A stretch of DNA of 64,000 nt from Acidobacteriaceae bacterium (lineage in GTDB: Bacteria > Acidobacteriota > Terriglobia > Terriglobales > Acidobacteriaceae): the NCBI GenBank assembly GCA_003162935.1, contig PLUW01000120.1, positions 16,396 to 80,395 of the forward strand, in the 5' to 3' direction. Of this stretch, positions 61,956 through 64,000 are shown piece after piece. The notes beneath the pieces were generated by a model. That model made no database searches and was not told where the DNA came from. It saw only the letters and a program-made list of their open reading frames with translations. Position 1 is the stretch's first letter. The number at the start of each line of letters is the position of its first letter. Position numbers and translations under genes: made by a program.

Positions 61956-62549
61956 TCAAGTCTGCCGGAGCGGGAATCGTTGCAGCTTTGTGTACTTCGA
62001 TCCTCCCGGTAAAAGCTGACTCTGATAAAGAATAAACTCCCGCGCCGTCATCGTGCCGAAATCGAGTTCGCCCATCGCGGCCAGGCGTTTTTCCAGCGTC
62101 GCGAACGCCGCATTCGGGCCGTCGCCTTTGCGCCATTTTGGCGAGCCCGATCTGCCTCCGGCGCGCGCCAAAGTCAGATGCGGACTATAGGGCCGGTCTT
62201 CTCGCGGAACGCCGAGTTCGGCGACAGCCACATCAATGCTCTCCGCCAGCGCAGCTAGTTGCGGTCCCGCTTGAATGCCGATCCAGAATACGCGCGGAGC
62301 CTTGGCCGTGGGAAAGAATCCGTATGCGGCGGAGCGAATCTCAAACGCGCCGCCTTCAACATGCCGCAAACGTTCGCTTATGGCCTCGAGTTGCTCCGTC
62401 TTTTGTTCACCGATGAACTTCAACGTAATGTGCAGCGACTCGGGCCGCACCCAGCGCGCCTCGGGCGCGAAACCTTGCACGCCGTCGAGGAAGCGCGCGA
62501 TGCGGGCGCGAACTTCCGCGTCAAGATCGATGCCGATAAATATTCGCAT
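61956..62549 (-). CDS. thpR: RNA 2',3'-cyclic phosphodiesterase (2H family, ThpR/LigT)
   Basis: MRIFIGIDL plus two HxT/S motifs (LHITLKF and PHLTLAR). Confidence 0.85.
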   Translation of the reverse strand: MRIFIGIDLDAEVRARIARFLDGVQGFAPEARWVRPESLHITLKFIGEQKTEQLEAISERLRHVEGGAFEIRSAAYGFFPTAKAPRVFWIGIQAGPQLAALAESIDVAVAELGVPREDRPYSPHLTLARAGGRSGSPKWRKGDGPNAAFATLEKRLAAMGELDFGTMTAREFILYQSQLLPGGSKYTKLQRFPLRQT

Positions 62550-62565
62550 TTTTAAGGGCAGCGCC

Positions 62566-63810
62566 TTACAGCAGCGCCCGGCGAATCATCTCCAGCGCCT
62601 GCTGCGTTGCGAACTGACGAATACGCTTGCGGTCGCCGGGGAAATTTCGCTCGACGACCTGCGTGCCTTCTTCTCCCGCCAGCGCGATGTAAACCAGGCC
62701 GACGGGCTTCTGCTCGCTTCCGCCCCCCGGGCCTGCGACGCCTGTAATCCCCACTCCGTAGCTCGATACACAACGCTTGCGGATGCCCTCCGCCATCGCC
62801 GATGCCACTTCCCTGCTCACCGCTCCATGCTGGTCGATCAACGCCTTGGGCACATTGGCAAATTGTGTTTTCAGTTCATTCGAATACACCACGGCCCCGC
62901 CCAGAAAATAGCGCGAGCTGCCGCCGATCGAGGTGATGCGCTCGGCCAACAGGCCGCCAGTACAGGATTCCGCCACGGCCAGCGTCATGCTCCGCATCTG
63001 CAGCAGATAGCTGACGATCTGTTCGATGGTTTCGCCTTTGCGCGAGAAAATGGAGTCGGCGAGCTCGTCTTCGATTTTTTCGGAGAGCTCCTCGACGCGC
63101 GCTTCGGCCTCTGGCTGTGAATCCTTCCGGCAGCGCAGATGAAGTTGAATCTCGCCCGCGCCCGCCAGAATCGTGGTCTCGACGTCGGTGTAGGTTTTGT
63201 AGATCGGCGCGACCCGCGCGTCCACCTGCGATTCCGGCATCATCGCCATTTTGAACGTGCGCGTGGCGATGTGCTGGACGGGAACCCGGGCGCGCAGCCG
63301 CGGAATGCATTCGGCTTCGAACATCGCTTTCATTTCGTAGGGAGGACCGGGCAGCAGCATCAGCAGCCGCTCCTGGCCGTCGTACTTGCCGCCGATCCAC
63401 TGGCCGGGCGCGGTGCCGAGCGAGTTGGGCAACGCCGCTGCGCTGGTCAAAACGTCTGCCTGCTTGGCATTGTTGGCCGACATCTTCATGCCGCGCTTGG
63501 CGAAGCGTTCTTCCAACTTGGCAGCGATCTCCGGATCGCGGCGCAATTCTAGGCCGAGCGCGTCGGCCACCGCTTCGCGCGTAAGATCGTCTTCGGTAGG
63601 ACCAAGACCGCCCGAAACAATGATGATGTCCGACCGCCGCATGGCAAGCTTGGCCGCCGCCGTCAGGCCTTCCCGATCGTCGCCGACAATGCATTTGAAG
63701 CGCACTTCCACGCCAAGGTCGTTCAGTTGTTCCGTGAGATAAAGCGAATTTGTGTCCTGGCGATGAGGAGTCAGCAACTCCGACCCGACGGCGATGATCT
63801 CGGCATTCAC
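62566..63810 (-). CDS. cinA: CinA family protein (MoCF-binding N-terminus plus nicotinamide-nucleotide amidase C-terminus)
   Basis: MNAEIIAVGSELL...TNSLYL...IIVSGGLGPTEDDLT, and C-terminal AVAESCTGGLLA. Confidence 0.9.
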   Translation of the reverse strand: MNAEIIAVGSELLTPHRQDTNSLYLTEQLNDLGVEVRFKCIVGDDREGLTAAAKLAMRRSDIIIVSGGLGPTEDDLTREAVADALGLELRRDPEIAAKLEERFAKRGMKMSANNAKQADVLTSAAALPNSLGTAPGQWIGGKYDGQERLLMLLPGPPYEMKAMFEAECIPRLRARVPVQHIATRTFKMAMMPESQVDARVAPIYKTYTDVETTILAGAGEIQLHLRCRKDSQPEAEARVEELSEKIEDELADSIFSRKGETIEQIVSYLLQMRSMTLAVAESCTGGLLAERITSIGGSSRYFLGGAVVYSNELKTQFANVPKALIDQHGAVSREVASAMAEGIRKRCVSSYGVGITGVAGPGGGSEQKPVGLVYIALAGEEGTQVVERNFPGDRKRIRQFATQQALEMIRRALL

Positions 63811-63856
63811 GGGTAAAGTGTAAACGATGCAAGATGACTACACCCTCCATAGTGTT

Positions 63857-63886
63857 GTCATCCCGAGCGCAGCGAGGGATCTGCAT
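63857..63886. repeat. single copy of a GTCATCCCGAGCGCAGCGAGGGATCTGCAT-type short element
   Basis: The reverse strand reads MQIPRCARDD, which is the N-terminus of spurious ORF 62876..63886. I recall similar strings in many spurious small ORFs of soil bacteria. Only one copy occurs in this window. Confidence 0.4.
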
Positions 63887-63903
63887 TTTGCTGCAATGGG
63901 TTT

Positions 63904-64000
63904 CTAAGCGAGGCTGGCGTGAATGCTGAGAGACTCGGCGACTTTTCGGAGTTGCTTATCTCTTGTCCACAAAAGCATCGGCGGATTGATCAGAACCGAA
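63904..64000 (-). CDS. 3' end of a possible PIN-domain (VapC-like) gene; the rest lies beyond the window
   Basis: My reverse translation ends ...SVLINPPMLLWTRDKQLRKVAESLSIHASLA* (stop cta at 63904-06). The TRDK pattern resembles VapC C-termini. Only 32 codons are visible. Confidence 0.25.
   Translation of the reverse strand, partial: SVLINPPMLLWTRDKQLRKVAESLSIHASLA

Noticed and set aside
60254-62136. Long N-terminal extensions of gpsA (461 aa) and plsY (280 aa) in the ORF track
   Set aside because: Each extension runs through the upstream gene in another frame. The canonical N-termini (MTTTPATTRIAVIGAGAWG and MNPYFITAAVSYLLGSIPFG) start at ATG 61297 and ATG 61935 respectively. The plsY stop and the gpsA start overlap in a 4-nt ATGA.

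Overview
High-GC bacterial chromosomal segment. The gene content (secreted BNR/VPS10-type and CarboxypepD_reg-type proteins, many TPR and PilZ proteins) and several families of short intergenic repeats suggest an Acidobacteriota (Terriglobia-like) genome, but that is inference only. All domain calls come from reading motifs in the supplied translations or in my own translations; no homology search was run. I call about 58 protein-coding genes and 2 tRNAs (Ala-GGC, Leu-UAA). I saw no rRNA, CRISPR array, transposase, integrase or phage genes. Most of the window is housekeeping: lctP (partial), atoE, lhr, kdsC, a class A PBP, a yitJ-like MetH-N/MetF fusion, xseB-ispA, smc, purC, cvpA, ribBA, gpsA-plsY-thpR-cinA and an ECF sigma/anti-sigma pair. 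The accessory-looking parts are: (i) a lower-GC, gene-sparse islet 3' of tRNA-Ala that leads into a c-di-GMP signalling cluster (pseudo-receiver-PilZ, PAS-GGDEF-EAL, 4xPAS hybrid kinase, PilZ-like), with a second pseudo-receiver-PilZ-PilZ paralogue at 55.3 kb; (ii) a vapBC-like pair with an atypical antitoxin, divergent from lhr across an AT-rich control region; (iii) a secreted hydrolase cluster that includes a glutamic (G1/eqolisin) peptidase; (iv) at least four repeat families, namely a 29-bp-periodic AAARTCTTGA array, a dispersed (CACRGRGGT)x3 element in 4 copies, stop-codon-proximal GTCTCAGG-type palindromes, and heptamer/hairpin repeats inside the lhr reading frame. I found no clear-cut new multi-gene system. 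The repeat structures and the c-di-GMP module are the most worthwhile follow-ups.
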